In this document: positions 21,532 through 31,548 of the stretch, in pieces | Layout: every line of letters starts with the position of its first letter | Numbering within the stretch: position 1 is the first letter of the stretch | NCBI GenBank assembly: GCA_963823655.1 | Contig: CAWGMK010000007.1 | Location: forward strand, 128,001 to 192,000 | Length of the DNA stretch: 64,000 nt | Direction: 5' to 3' | Source: an uncultured Bacillota bacterium | GTDB taxonomy: Bacteria; Bacillota; DTU025; MWDF01 | The notes under the pieces: model-generated | Told to the model about the DNA's origin: nothing | The model's database searches: none | Seen by the model: the letters and a program-made list of their open reading frames with translations, nothing else | Position numbers and translations under genes: made by a program

Positions 21532-21605
21532 TGGGGAGTCGCCAAGCGGTAAGGCACGGGACTTTGGATCCTGTACCGCAGGTTCGAATCCTGCCTCCCC
21601 AGCCA
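21532..21605 (+). tRNA. tRNA-Gln(TTG)
   Basis: Acceptor TGGGGAG/CTCCCCA, anticodon loop CTTTGGA, T-loop TTCGAAT, encoded CCA. Confidence 0.97.
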
Positions 21606-21613
21606 AAAACTAT

Positions 21614-21640
21614 GGCCGGCTTCTTTTAAGGAGGCCGGCC
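21614..21640. terminator. Hairpin after tRNA-Gln
   Basis: GGCCGGCTTC/GAGGCCGGCC stem. Confidence 0.6.
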
Positions 21641-21700
21641 TTCTCGTTGATGTTTGTAGAATCGATGGCGAGCCGGGAAGCGGGGGACTGAGCCGGGCGG

Positions 21701-22199
21701 CTATCTCGTTATCAGCTTGGCTATAGGCACTACTAGGACGATTATGCTTATCAGCCTTATAAGCTGCAAAATCGCAACGACAGGCGAGTTGGCATCCATC
21801 TCGGTGGCCACCATGGAAAGCTCGGTCATGCCGCCCGGCAGTGGAGCTGAATATCGCCGTCATCATGTCGAAGCCGAAGAACCTGTTCAGAATGAACGCT
21901 ATCGCAAAGCCTGTGGCAAGCAATATGCCGGTTATTACGGCGGCGGGTATTAGGAGCGACTTCAGCTGCTGCAAATCCATGTTCCGAAGCCCGAGCCCAA
22001 GTATGGCGCCCAAGACTACCTGCACAATCGCCTTAGAGTATGAGGGGAGTCCGCCGAGGTCCACTTTAAAAAGAGAGGCCGCCGCTACAGCGAGCATGGA
22101 ACCTATCATGGCGCCCGCCGGTATCTTAAGCTTGTATCCTACAAAACCTCCGACTGATGCTATGATAAGCGTCTTCAAGACCAACATGTACTGCTGCAT
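21701..22199 (-). CDS. Membrane AbrB-like protein (E. coli AbrB / 'ammonia monooxygenase' family); indel near 21838
   Basis: KIPAGAMIGSM, QVVLG; another frame continues PGGMTELSMVATEMDANSPVVAILQLIRL to TAG 21701. Confidence 0.85.
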
Positions 22200-22367
22200 A
22201 TGGATACCTCCGGGATTAGTGATATTGAAATTATCCCACCTGCTTGGGAAATTTCACATGGGTCGGACGATGATTTCCAAAATCCTGCCTGAAAGCATCG
22301 GTAGAAGCCATACAGCCAAGGGCCTGGATTAATAGCTGTACAATTCCACTCCACGTGCCAGGAATGG

Positions 22368-22403
22368 AGAAGCGGCGCCGAATAAAACCGGCGCCGCTTC
22401 TTT
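22368..22403. terminator. Terminator of the peroxiredoxin gene
   Basis: AGAAGCGGCGCCG/CGGCGCCGCTTCT stem. Confidence 0.7.
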
Positions 22404-22426
22404 AACAGTTAACTCAAACTCGCAGA

Positions 22427-23146
22427 TTACTCGTCAAATGCCTCTTTCACGCTCCATACCTTCCAGACATTGCCGACAAGCTCCGGTGATGGTCTCAGCG
22501 TCTTCTTGCCCGGCTTCCATCCGGAAGGGGTTGCCTCGGTGCCTTTGGAGGCTCTGACTAGCTGGAAGGCTTTCACCTGCCTGATGGTCTCGCTTACGTT
22601 TCTTCCGACGGGGGGAGTGAGGACTTCGAAACCCTGCACATTTCCGTCCGGGTCGATTATGAAACGGCCTCTGGTCTCAATCCCGTTTTCCTCGGAATAT
22701 ATGCCATATAGCTTGCCTATCTCGCCGCCCGAATCGGAAAGCATAGGAAACGGTATATCCCGTCCGATCATCTTGGAAAGCTCGTGCTCATTCCACATCT
22801 TGTGTACAAAATGGCTGTCTACGCTGCATGAGAGGACCTCTACGCCCAGGCTCTGGAATTCGTCGAATTTCTCGGCAACTGCCGAGACTTCGGTTGCTCA
22901 GACGAAGGTGAAGTCGCCCGGATAGAAACAGAGGACGACCCACTTGCCCTTATATTCCGAAAGGCTCACATTTACGAACTTGCCTTTGTAAAACGCCGAT
23001 GCGGTGAAATCCGGCGCCGGTTTGCCTACTTTTATCATATGCTGTATCTCCTCCTTCTGGTCCGTTGACTGTGCTATTGCGTCCGGCTGCCTTTCCGGCC
23101 TTTTAATCTCCGGCCTTTGACAGCCTGCCTTGAACTCTTCGGGCAT
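22427..23146 (-). CDS. prxU: Selenocysteine-containing peroxiredoxin
   Basis: [12 protein letters not shown](22898-22900)-ATE continues in frame to 22427; UGA replaces the peroxidatic Cys; hairpin follows. Confidence 0.93.
22870..22887 (-). promoter_or_regulatory. Bacterial SECIS-like hairpin
   Basis: TCTCGGC-AGTT-GCCGAGA stem-loop begins 10 nt after the UGA, with G in the apical loop. Confidence 0.75.
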
Positions 23147-23326
23147 TTACATCCCCCCTTCTCTGCGCAATCATAGCCACTAAATTATGGATACGTAAAT
23201 AATTCTGCGCCGTTTTACATAAACCTCTTAGATAGTTATCGATACGATAGCAACATTCCAACCGAGTTTATCGTTAGGGAGATATAGCAGATAATGACCC
23301 GTTAGGGTCTTGCGGGAGGAAATAAA

Positions 23327-23725
23327 GTGGAAGAGATGATCAATTCGGAGGCAACTCCAAAAGAGGGGCCGAAACCAATCGAGCAGAGCCAGCCTGTAGG
23401 CGCAAAAGAGCCCGAGGCGATAATACAGAAGGTCTCGCGCCATTTCAGAGTCTCGAACTTTATATACATTATCGGTGTTTTGGAGATGGCAGCGGGTGCC
23501 GTGCTGGGCGTTGCACTGTTCTTCGTCAACATGGCGGGGTTCAGGGGTTACGGCTATAACTACTATTATAATATGCCCAGGCTATCCAGCTTCTTCAGCT
23601 CCCTGCTAATGGCGCTTTTCGTCTTTTGTGCATTCCTCGTAAGCGGGGCGATGACGCTGGGCTTCGGCAAGATGGTGCAAGCAGCCGAGGTCTACATCCA
23701 GAGGCGTGGGAAAAAGCAGGCATAA
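23327..23725 (+). CDS. Two-TM hypothetical protein
   Basis: GGAGGA RBS, GTG start, two hydrophobic segments, downstream hairpin. Confidence 0.65.
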   Translation: MEEMINSEATPKEGPKPIEQSQPVGAKEPEAIIQKVSRHFRVSNFIYIIGVLEMAAGAVLGVALFFVNMAGFRGYGYNYYYNMPRLSSFFSSLLMALFVFCAFLVSGAMTLGFGKMVQAAEVYIQRRGKKQA

Positions 23726-23787
23726 CACGGGTACAATGAAGGGCCCTCCTTTGACGGAGAGCCCTTTTTGCATCCATTAGCCCATTA

Positions 23788-25026
23788 TTAGGACATTATG
23801 CGCTTTTCGCCCTGAAGAGCCTTGATTGCGCTGATCTCCTGCGACACTTCCAAAGCCCCCGCATACTTGCCGTTCTCGTCGCGCACCGCGAAATACCTGA
23901 TATATACCATCATTCCATGCATGTTGATCCAGAAATCCTCATTATCCTTGGCGCCCGATTTGAAGTCGTTTAGGATCTGCTCCACAACGGCCATGCTCTT
24001 GGGCGGATGGCAGTTCTGTACAAGCCTTCCGATTATGGTCTTGTTCCTGGGGAATATCCGCTCCTTGGAATTGGAGAAGTAGCGGACCACATCGTTCTCA
24101 TCGATGAAAGTGATGTCAACCGGCATGTGATTGAGCATGAGCTCTATCTGGGCAGGCTTCAGCACTCCTGTCCCAAGGTTAATGGATGATCCGGACGGCT
24201 TGCCCTCAGGTGAATAAGCATCTACCTCTTTGGCGACAGACACACGCTCGGGGTTCCATTTCGATGTTGGCGGCACCAGACAGTAGCCGAGTTCATCGCT
24301 TTCGTTCTCAACTTTTATCCAATCGTCCTCTGAAAGGGCGTTGGTCATCATAGGATAGAGGATGTTCCTCTCTTTGAAGATCATGTCGGACACTTTCTGC
24401 GCGGCGTCGGTCGCCACTTTCACGGCCTCGGCCCTCTTGCCCATCACCAGCACTTTAGCGCCCTTGATCATCGCCCTGATTTCGTCATGCACGCCCCACA
24501 TCACCTTAGGGGGCGCGGTTATGCCGGCTCCTTCAAGGAAGGGGAAAATGAGGTTCTCTTTCCTGAGATAATGCTTGTCCACGTCGGCAAGCCCGTTTAG
24601 AGCCTCAAGCACCTTGAACGAATTGGGCTCTGATGCGAGCCTCGCATACTCGTTGATAGCGGGCATCAGCTGCGTTGAGATAAGATTTTCAATCGCCTTA
24701 TTCTCAACTTCTAGCTGATAGACGGGATGCCCTGCAGTGTCGATCGCCTTAGCTGGTATGTGTATGTTCTCCACGGAAGTGCCCATGATGGCGGCATGCA
24801 CGTCGCACATCTTCTGTATCTCTTCCACCGGCATGCCCTCTTGGACCAGGGTGGCTTCTATGGCCGCTATCTCCTCGGAGCTTACACCGCCGAACAGAGC
24901 CTTGAATTCCTTTGTTACCTCGTCTTTGGACCTGCCCGCGTGAAGGTCCATAATAAGGCGCTTCAGGTGATGCTGCCTTACAGGGTCCAGACCTTTTGCG
25001 TTATTGTTGTGGATCATCTCACTCAT
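23788..25026 (-). CDS. DUF438 / hemerythrin-like / PAS domain protein
   Basis: CDVHA, GHPV...EN, HYLRKENLIFPFLE, VMWGVHDEIR; PAS part NCHPPKS, YIRYFAVRD. Confidence 0.9.
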   Translation of the reverse strand: MSEMIHNNNAKGLDPVRQHHLKRLIMDLHAGRSKDEVTKEFKALFGGVSSEEIAAIEATLVQEGMPVEEIQKMCDVHAAIMGTSVENIHIPAKAIDTAGHPVYQLEVENKAIENLISTQLMPAINEYARLASEPNSFKVLEALNGLADVDKHYLRKENLIFPFLEGAGITAPPKVMWGVHDEIRAMIKGAKVLVMGKRAEAVKVATDAAQKVSDMIFKERNILYPMMTNALSEDDWIKVENESDELGYCLVPPTSKWNPERVSVAKEVDAYSPEGKPSGSSINLGTGVLKPAQIELMLNHMPVDITFIDENDVVRYFSNSKERIFPRNKTIIGRLVQNCHPPKSMAVVEQILNDFKSGAKDNEDFWINMHGMMVYIRYFAVRDENGKYAGALEVSQEISAIKALQGEKRIMS

Positions 25027-25067
25027 GTTGATGCCTCCTATGTAAATTGTAAATCCGATCTAATTTA

Positions 25068-25090
25068 TATCCTACCAATATAGTAGGATA
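25068..25090. promoter_or_regulatory. Palindromic operator candidate
   Basis: TATCCTAC-N7-GTAGGATA perfect inverted repeat in a divergent intergenic region. Confidence 0.55.
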
Positions 25091-25280
25091 ATAGTCTCTA
25101 CAAATCAGTAATAAATATTACGTTGTTGCAAATTTAAAAATTCATGATCATCATTTGCGGGAAGCCACTAGGACTATGTGTATAAAACTCGGTCACAAAC
25201 GAAAATTATTGAATATGTGGCACAAATATACAATGATATGCAATAATAACTGTATATCTATTATCTCGCTGAGGTGGACC

Positions 25281-26264
25281 ATGGACGGTACGGCATTTAT
25301 TGGGTATCTAAGGAATATTGGTTTGGACGACAAGGCGGCGCGCAGGCAGCTTGCGATTGCCGAGCACCTGGATGTAATGATGGAGGCCAGGAACAAGGCA
25401 AACGGGTCCGGTTGCGGCAAAAGGGCAGCAAGGAGCCTTATAGATTATCTTGTGGAAGCGAAGCAGGATACGGTCGATAACATAACCGCCGTATTGAGAT
25501 ATGGCCATTTCGTAGGCAATGACGACATTTACGTCGAGGCGTTTCAGATCCTGGACGGCGTAGAGGCCTTGGACAACCTCTACTTGAGGCTGGCAGATGT
25601 TGCGGGCAAAGAAACGAGAGATGCGATTTTCAGCTCAATCCCGGGAATATCCCCGGGTACAGCCGCCGATGTTAAAGCCGGGGCCATGCGTACGGCAATC
25701 GGCAAAGCTCTGGAGGCGTTGGATCAAAAGCAATTAGACGAGCTGTTCATAACAAGCTTCAGGGACCTTGACCCTAAAGCATATGAAAAGGATAGATGCC
25801 TGTTTCTGGAATGCGGGGGTGTAGACGCTTTCACCGCCGCGAAGAAAAGGCAATTCTTAGAGGAACTTAATGCATCAATGCGAGCCAAAAAACTCTTCTT
25901 CGGCCAGGAAATCACGCCCGACGTAATTAGTTACGTTGAGGCTGACCCCGAGAGTTGCGTCGGAAAAAGGGATGGCGGAAGTGTATATGTAACGAAGATC
26001 CCTTTCCGGGCGAAGAGGTGGCTTGAGGAGAAGGACCCCAAGATGCGCAGATACCTGTACTGCCACTGTCCCTGGGCAAGGGAATCCATCCTGTCTCAGG
26101 AGGGAAGCGTTCCGGCGGAGTTTTGCAGGTGCAGCGCAGGCTTTCATAAGAGGGCATGGGAGGCAATATTCGAAGAGCAGCTGAAATGCGAAGTAATGGA
26201 ATCTGTCCTCGCCGGGGACGACAGGTGCAGATTTAAGATTTCTCTGCCCCAAAGCGCTTTTTAA
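25281..26264 (+). CDS. Hypothetical protein with Cys-rich V4R/DUF6144-like C-terminus
   Basis: YCHCPW...FCRCSAGF...CEVMESVLAGDDRCRFKI; GAGGTG RBS. Confidence 0.75.
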   Translation: MDGTAFIGYLRNIGLDDKAARRQLAIAEHLDVMMEARNKANGSGCGKRAARSLIDYLVEAKQDTVDNITAVLRYGHFVGNDDIYVEAFQILDGVEALDNLYLRLADVAGKETRDAIFSSIPGISPGTAADVKAGAMRTAIGKALEALDQKQLDELFITSFRDLDPKAYEKDRCLFLECGGVDAFTAAKKRQFLEELNASMRAKKLFFGQEITPDVISYVEADPESCVGKRDGGSVYVTKIPFRAKRWLEEKDPKMRRYLYCHCPWARESILSQEGSVPAEFCRCSAGFHKRAWEAIFEEQLKCEVMESVLAGDDRCRFKISLPQSAF

Positions 26265-26361
26265 ACCCTGGCGGACGTTAACATTGTCGAAACAAACCTA
26301 CAATAGGTGCAAAAGAAAGAAGCCCGGCCTCGGCCGGGCTTCTAATGCGCCATCAGAGTGT

Positions 26362-27036
26362 CTAGTCTATATAGGGCATATCACTGATATTGCCAGTAGG
26401 GTATACGACGCCGACGCTTTCCAGGAAGAAGCCATAGCCGTCATTCAACGGGAAATCCTCTTCTACCCATACATTCGGGCCGAACCACTCGGAATCGTAT
26501 ACTGACAGCTCGAAGTTTGCATACTCAACATCGTTCAGGAATATCTTGACCTTGTTGCCCCTCTTTACGAGCTTGAAATCGTTATATCCATGGGTATTGA
26601 GGCCAGGTGCGTCTCCGTCTTCGTCGTAATGCACGACAGACGTCCCATCGTGTTCCTCTATGTAATAGCCTGCATCGTCGGTGTTAGGATTGTAGAATTC
26701 GATATGGATATCATTATCCGTAGTGTGATACCATGTACCGTCTCCCAGGCAGATGCCGAAATCAAGAGTGTGATTCTCGTCGGCATTCAGGTAGAAAGTG
26801 ACAATGTAGGTGAGATCCCCGGAGAAGCGGAAAGGACAGGCCACGTTGGCGTCCTCTGCCGTGAAACCCTTGGAGGTAAATCCCCAGGCTTCGTCCTCCT
26901 CCAAAATCCAGTCGCCCTCCGAATTGCTTAAAGACTGCTCGTCTCTGAAACTGAAGAAATAGGTCTTGTTACACCCTGTAAGCGACAGAATGGCCAATAT
27001 GAACAGGATCGTCATGGCTATTTTTAAAGACTTCAC
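26362..27036 (-). CDS. Lipoprotein, beta-rich paralogue family member L1
   Basis: Lipobox LTGC; motifs shared with L2-L5; AGGAGG RBS. Confidence 0.85.
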   Translation of the reverse strand: MKSLKIAMTILFILAILSLTGCNKTYFFSFRDEQSLSNSEGDWILEEDEAWGFTSKGFTAEDANVACPFRFSGDLTYIVTFYLNADENHTLDFGICLGDGTWYHTTDNDIHIEFYNPNTDDAGYYIEEHDGTSVVHYDEDGDAPGLNTHGYNDFKLVKRGNKVKIFLNDVEYANFELSVYDSEWFGPNVWVEEDFPLNDGYGFFLESVGVVYPTGNISDMPYID

Positions 27037-27072
27037 GCTTACCCCTCCTTTTTACTGGATATCCTTTCACTA

Positions 27073-27097
27073 TTTCTATGCGAAGGCCATTAAACCT
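27073..27097 (-). promoter_or_regulatory. SigH-like promoter of L1
   Basis: GCAGGT-17 bp-GAAA on the minus strand. Confidence 0.45.
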
Positions 27098-27270
27098 GCA
27101 AAACAGGAATAATTCGTGAATAATTTAATGCTTAGAAAGAGTACAAATGATTCCAACCAAGCGCACAGATTGTGTTTCATTAATGAAAATGTCGATAAAA
27201 GGCCGGGCGGCATCCGGCAAGCGGGTTTTCGAAGTGCCGCCCAGCGCCTTACTAGGAAAAAATGATCCGA

Positions 27271-28017
27271 CTAAATCGGTAGAGGAGTATCATCTATTCC
27301 TCCCTCGGGATAGGTGACTTTCACGCTTTCTAAGAAGAAACCGTACTCAGGCAGCAATATGTCCGGCTCGGCGGACATGATTACTGCTACAATCGGATTT
27401 CGCGCCTCGATACCGGGGGCGAACCACTCTGACTCATAGCTATCAAGATCGAAATCGGCGAATATCACACCATTCATCCTGGCTACAATATGATCGCCCC
27501 TCTTAACTAACCTGAATGTGTTCTTTCCGCTCCTTCTGAGGTTAGGATGGGGATCCTCGACATAATATTCCGGCATCACCATTGCGTCTGCACCGTGCTC
27601 GACTATCATCCAATACTCCTCGTCGCCTCCGACACCGTAGAATTCGATATGTATCTCGCTCTCAGAGGTTCCCTTCCACGTGCCGTCGCCCAAATTGAGC
27701 CCGAAATTTACCCAGTGCAGCTCGTTTGCCCTGAGGGTGAAGACAACCTCATATGTGATGTCGCCGCTAAACATGAAAGGACAGGAGACAATCTTTCCGT
27801 TGAGGTACAGCCCGTCAGGGGTGAACACGTACTCCCCGCCAATAGAAGGAGAGACGGATTTTATCATCGCGAAATAATCGTCCATATGCCAGGTGCCCTC
27901 GTCGTTGCTGAGGGATTGCTCGTTAATAAAGTTGAACGAATAAGCCCTGTCGCAGCCCGGTATCGCCGCAACGGCGATTACGGTAAGAAAAACCAGTGCG
28001 ATTCTCAATAGCTTCAC
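27271..28017 (-). CDS. Lipoprotein, family member L2
   Basis: Signal ending IPGC; shares EQSLSN.EG.W, CPF.FSGD, LGDGTW, IHIEFY and YGFFLESV with L1. Confidence 0.85.
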   Translation of the reverse strand: MKLLRIALVFLTVIAVAAIPGCDRAYSFNFINEQSLSNDEGTWHMDDYFAMIKSVSPSIGGEYVFTPDGLYLNGKIVSCPFMFSGDITYEVVFTLRANELHWVNFGLNLGDGTWKGTSESEIHIEFYGVGGDEEYWMIVEHGADAMVMPEYYVEDPHPNLRRSGKNTFRLVKRGDHIVARMNGVIFADFDLDSYESEWFAPGIEARNPIVAVIMSAEPDILLPEYGFFLESVKVTYPEGGIDDTPLPI

Positions 28018-28173
28018 TTTAATCCCTCCTAAAAGTTTTCCCGGCTTAATCGGGCCTAACCATGCCCCATAAGCACGGCTTCTTGCAGCATAGTAATCTC
28101 CCGAAAGGCCTTCACGGCAGATTTTCCGATCAAACAGACCGCCTTCGACAATGAAACATTGCCTTTATGTAAT

Positions 28174-28198
28174 ATTCCACAACTTGACATAAAATCCT
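28174..28198 (-). promoter_or_regulatory. SigH-like promoter of L2
   Basis: AGGA-17 bp-GAAT on the minus strand. Confidence 0.6.
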
Positions 28199-28208
28199 AT
28201 TCCATTGC

Positions 28209-28230
28209 GACGATATAGAGACGATATAGA
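28209..28230. repeat. 11-bp direct repeat, two copies
   Basis: GACGATATAGA GACGATATAGA. Confidence 0.8.
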
Positions 28231-28286
28231 CGGGGGCTTATATTCATACAGCACAGCGCCTTTTGCGGGCAAAAAAGGCATCAGCG

Positions 28287-28341
28287 TGCTATAATATTGC
28301 GCGTATCCCTATTGAAGGATTTGCCGACTCCGGCATAGAAT
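28287..28341 (+). promoter_or_regulatory. Tandem promoters of glmU-prs-pth
   Basis: Extended -10 TGcTATAAT (28287-28295) and SigH-like AGGA-18 bp-GAAT (28316-28341). Confidence 0.55.
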
Positions 28342-28400
28342 CCGATATTCAGTAGCGGGGCCAAATAAGGGCGCAAGCTCTTTAACGGGGGAATGATGTC

Positions 28401-29789
28401 ATGCCATTTGCGGGGCTCATCCTTGCGGCGGGAATGTCAAAGAGGATGAAATCGTCTCTCCCTAAGGTTTTGCACAAGGTCAACGGCCTTCCTGTTATCG
28501 ACCACGTCATTTCAAACCTTCAGAAAGCAGGCTGTGACCGCATTGCGACCGTAGTGGGGCACATGGGGGAGCAGGTAGCTGAACACATAAACGGCAAATC
28601 CGATATATTCTGGCAGCATGAGAGGCTGGGCACCGCCCACGCGGTGATGCAGGCCCAAGCCCTTCTTGACACCTATTCCGGCCCTGTGCTGGTAATACCG
28701 GGGGACGCCCCCGCCACAAGGCCATCCACCATAAGGCAGCTCATAGACGCACACACAAGCCGCGAATCCGCCGCGACAGTACTTACCATGATCCTTGACG
28801 ATCCGGCATCTTACGGCAGGATAGTGCGCGATTCCTTCGGGGATTTCACCGACATAGTCGAATACAAGGACGCAAGCGACGATATAAGAGAGATAAACGA
28901 AGTGTCCACCGGCATAATAGTCTTCGATGCCGCAAAGCTTTCGGACGCCCTCCGGTATATAGGCAACGACAACGCCCAGGGAGAATATTACCTGACCGAT
29001 ACGCTGAAAGTGCTTTACCAGGCAGGACACAGCATCCGGGCGGAGGTCCTCGATGACGAGACTGAAGGCATTGGAATAAACAGCAGGGCGGATCTGGCCG
29101 AAGCGCAGCACGTGCTGGGGATGAGGAAACTGTCGGAGCTGATGGCATCAGGCGTGAGCATAATATCCCCGGAAAACACCTTCGTCGAGGAGGAAGCCTT
29201 AGTCGGACCTGATACCGTGCTGCACCCCTTCACCATTATCTACGGCAAGTCGGTAATCGGCTCAGGATGCGAAATTGGTCCGGGTACCACAGTGGAAAGG
29301 TCCGTTGTGGAAGACGGCAGCGAGGTCTGCAATTCATATATCACGGACTGCCGCATCGGCCCGGACTGCAAAGTGGGCCCCTTCGCCTATATAAGGCCGG
29401 GGACAGTGCTCAAAGCAGGCGTGAAGGCGGGCTCCTTCGTTGAGATCAAGAACTCCAACATCGGCGAGGGGTCGAAAGTACCTCACCTGTCATATGTTGG
29501 CGACACTGACATGGGTTCGGGCGTCAACATCGGATGCGGCACAGTAGTTTGCAATTACGACGGGTTCAGGAAGCACAGGACCACGATAGAGGATAATGCC
29601 TTCGTCGGGTCCAACACCAACCTTGTAGCGCCGGTCAAGGTGGGCAGGGGCTCATACATAGCGACGGGTTCCACCATAACGACGGATGTGCCCGAGGGGG
29701 CGCTCGGCGTGGCCAGGGCGAGGCAGGAGAACAAGGAAGGCTGGGTCGAGAGGAAAAAGCGCCTAATAAAGGGAGAAAAGGATGACTAG
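28401..29789 (+). CDS. glmU: Bifunctional UDP-GlcNAc pyrophosphorylase / acetyltransferase
   Basis: [39 protein letters not shown], hexapeptide repeats. Confidence 0.98.
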   Translation: MPFAGLILAAGMSKRMKSSLPKVLHKVNGLPVIDHVISNLQKAGCDRIATVVGHMGEQVAEHINGKSDIFWQHERLGTAHAVMQAQALLDTYSGPVLVIPGDAPATRPSTIRQLIDAHTSRESAATVLTMILDDPASYGRIVRDSFGDFTDIVEYKDASDDIREINEVSTGIIVFDAAKLSDALRYIGNDNAQGEYYLTDTLKVLYQAGHSIRAEVLDDETEGIGINSRADLAEAQHVLGMRKLSELMASGVSIISPENTFVEEEALVGPDTVLHPFTIIYGKSVIGSGCEIGPGTTVERSVVEDGSEVCNSYITDCRIGPDCKVGPFAYIRPGTVLKAGVKAGSFVEIKNSNIGEGSKVPHLSYVGDTDMGSGVNIGCGTVVCNYDGFRKHRTTIEDNAFVGSNTNLVAPVKVGRGSYIATGSTITTDVPEGALGVARARQENKEGWVERKKRLIKGEKDD

Positions 29790-29802
29790 GGAGGCTTTAT
29801 CT

Positions 29803-30750
29803 ATGATTGCATGCCACAGGAAGCTAAAGATCATGACAGGCACATCAAACCCTGTGCTTGCGCAGGAAATAGCGGACGCGCTGGGCGTCCCTATTGTAAA
29901 GAGCGCAGTCACCCGCTTTTCGGACGGCGAATTCAGGGTGCAGATATTCGAGACCGTAAGAGGCGCTGACGTCTTCGTGATACAGTCTCTCGGAAACCCA
30001 GTACACGATAATCTCATGGAAGTACTTATCATGGCGGATGCCTTAAGACGGGCCTCCGCGCGCTCTATAACCGCAGTAATCCCTTATTACGGCTATGCAA
30101 GGCAGGACAGGAAGTCGTCCTCCAGGGAGCCGATAACCGCTAAACTTGTGGCAAACCTTCTGGTAACAGCCGGCGTTAGCAGGGTGCTGACATTGGACCT
30201 TCACGCCCCCCAGATCCAGGGCTTCTTCGATATTCCGGTGGACCATATGCAAGCGGCTCCGCTTCTGGCGGATTATATGAAGGAGATCGGACTTACGGAA
30301 TGCGTCGTAGTATCTCCTGACGTGGGCGGCGTCTCAAGAGCCAGGGCGCTGGGCGACAGGATAGGCGCGACCCTTGCCATAATTGACAAGAGGCGGCCCA
30401 AGCCCAACGTATCCGAAGTCATGCACATAATTGGTGATGTTGAGGGCAAATCCTGCGTGCTGGTGGACGACATAATCGACACTGCAGGGACCTTGTGCCT
30501 TGCCGCCGACGCGCTCATTGAAGCGGGTGCCAAGGAAGTATACGCGCTCTGCTCGCACGGCGTGCTGTCGGGCCCGGCGATATCGCGCATCAACCAGTCG
30601 CACCTGCAGCAGCTGATAATAACAAACAGCCTTCCGAGGGATTCCTCATCCCCCTGCGACAAGATCAAGGTGCTGTCGGTAGGGCGGATGATGGCAGAGG
30701 CCATACGCAGGATCTACGAGGAGCTCTCCGTCTCGATACTGTTCAACTAG
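29803..30750 (+). CDS. prs: Ribose-phosphate pyrophosphokinase
   Basis: [33 protein letters not shown]. Confidence 0.98.
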   Translation: MIACHRKLKIMTGTSNPVLAQEIADALGVPIVKSAVTRFSDGEFRVQIFETVRGADVFVIQSLGNPVHDNLMEVLIMADALRRASARSITAVIPYYGYARQDRKSSSREPITAKLVANLLVTAGVSRVLTLDLHAPQIQGFFDIPVDHMQAAPLLADYMKEIGLTECVVVSPDVGGVSRARALGDRIGATLAIIDKRRPKPNVSEVMHIIGDVEGKSCVLVDDIIDTAGTLCLAADALIEAGAKEVYALCSHGVLSGPAISRINQSHLQQLIITNSLPRDSSSPCDKIKVLSVGRMMAEAIRRIYEELSVSILFN

Positions 30751-30759
30751 GAGGGCGCG

Positions 30760-31353
30760 ATGGGATCTTGGCTGGTCGCGGGCCTGGGGAATCCGGGCAG
30801 CGCATATGAGACAACGAGGCACAACATGGGCTTTCTTGCGGCCGATCTGATCGCGCGCCGCATGAAGGGGCGTTTCGTGCGCACCAGATGGAATGCCGTC
30901 GCCGCCAAATGCCTCTTCGCGGGCGAGCAGATAGTGATCCTTAAGCCCCACTCCTTCATGAACCTGTCCGGAGGGCCCGTTGCTGCGGCAATGAGGGCGA
31001 CAGGCGCGGACCCTGCCCGCCTGATCGTCATCTATGACGACATGGACCTGGACCCCGGGCGCATCAGGGTGCGCCCCTCGGGCAGCGCCGGAGGGCACAA
31101 GGGCATGAAGTCCATAATAGGCACAATCGGCACTGAAGAGTTCGCAAGGGTGCGGATAGGAATAGGCAGGCCCCCCGCATACGCCCAGACCATAGACTTC
31201 GTGCTTGAGCGCCCAGACAGGCAGGAAGCCAGGCTGCTTGCCATGGCGGTGGAGACGGCAGCGGAGGCCGTCGAGGAGATAATAATGGCGGGGGCGGAGT
31301 CTGCCGCCTCGAAGTTCAACGGCCAGGCGATAAAGCCAGCCGACGGCTCGTAG
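30760..31353 (+). CDS. pth: Peptidyl-tRNA hydrolase
   Basis: GLGNPG, TRHNMG, FMNLSG, AGGHKG, RIGIGRP. Confidence 0.97.
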   Translation: MGSWLVAGLGNPGSAYETTRHNMGFLAADLIARRMKGRFVRTRWNAVAAKCLFAGEQIVILKPHSFMNLSGGPVAAAMRATGADPARLIVIYDDMDLDPGRIRVRPSGSAGGHKGMKSIIGTIGTEEFARVRIGIGRPPAYAQTIDFVLERPDRQEARLLAMAVETAAEAVEEIIMAGAESAASKFNGQAIKPADGS

Positions 31354-31548
31354 ACCGATCCTGAACCTTAGGAATTATGCCCGTTAAAAGGCAGGATTCT
31401 TGATGCGGGTATTGCTAATTCCGGCATAGCTGCGATACGGCAGGGGATGTAAAGTGGCCCCCGCCGACGGTTGTGATTCCATAAGGCTATAGTTTTTACT
31501 GGAAGGCTGATTAGTAAGGCTCAAGAAGCGAGGTTCGGGGAGGTTTCA

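Noticed and set aside
21456-21700. C-terminal part of ORF 21456-22199 running antisense through tRNA-Gln
   Set aside because: Artefact of the indel near 21838; the real protein ends at 21701
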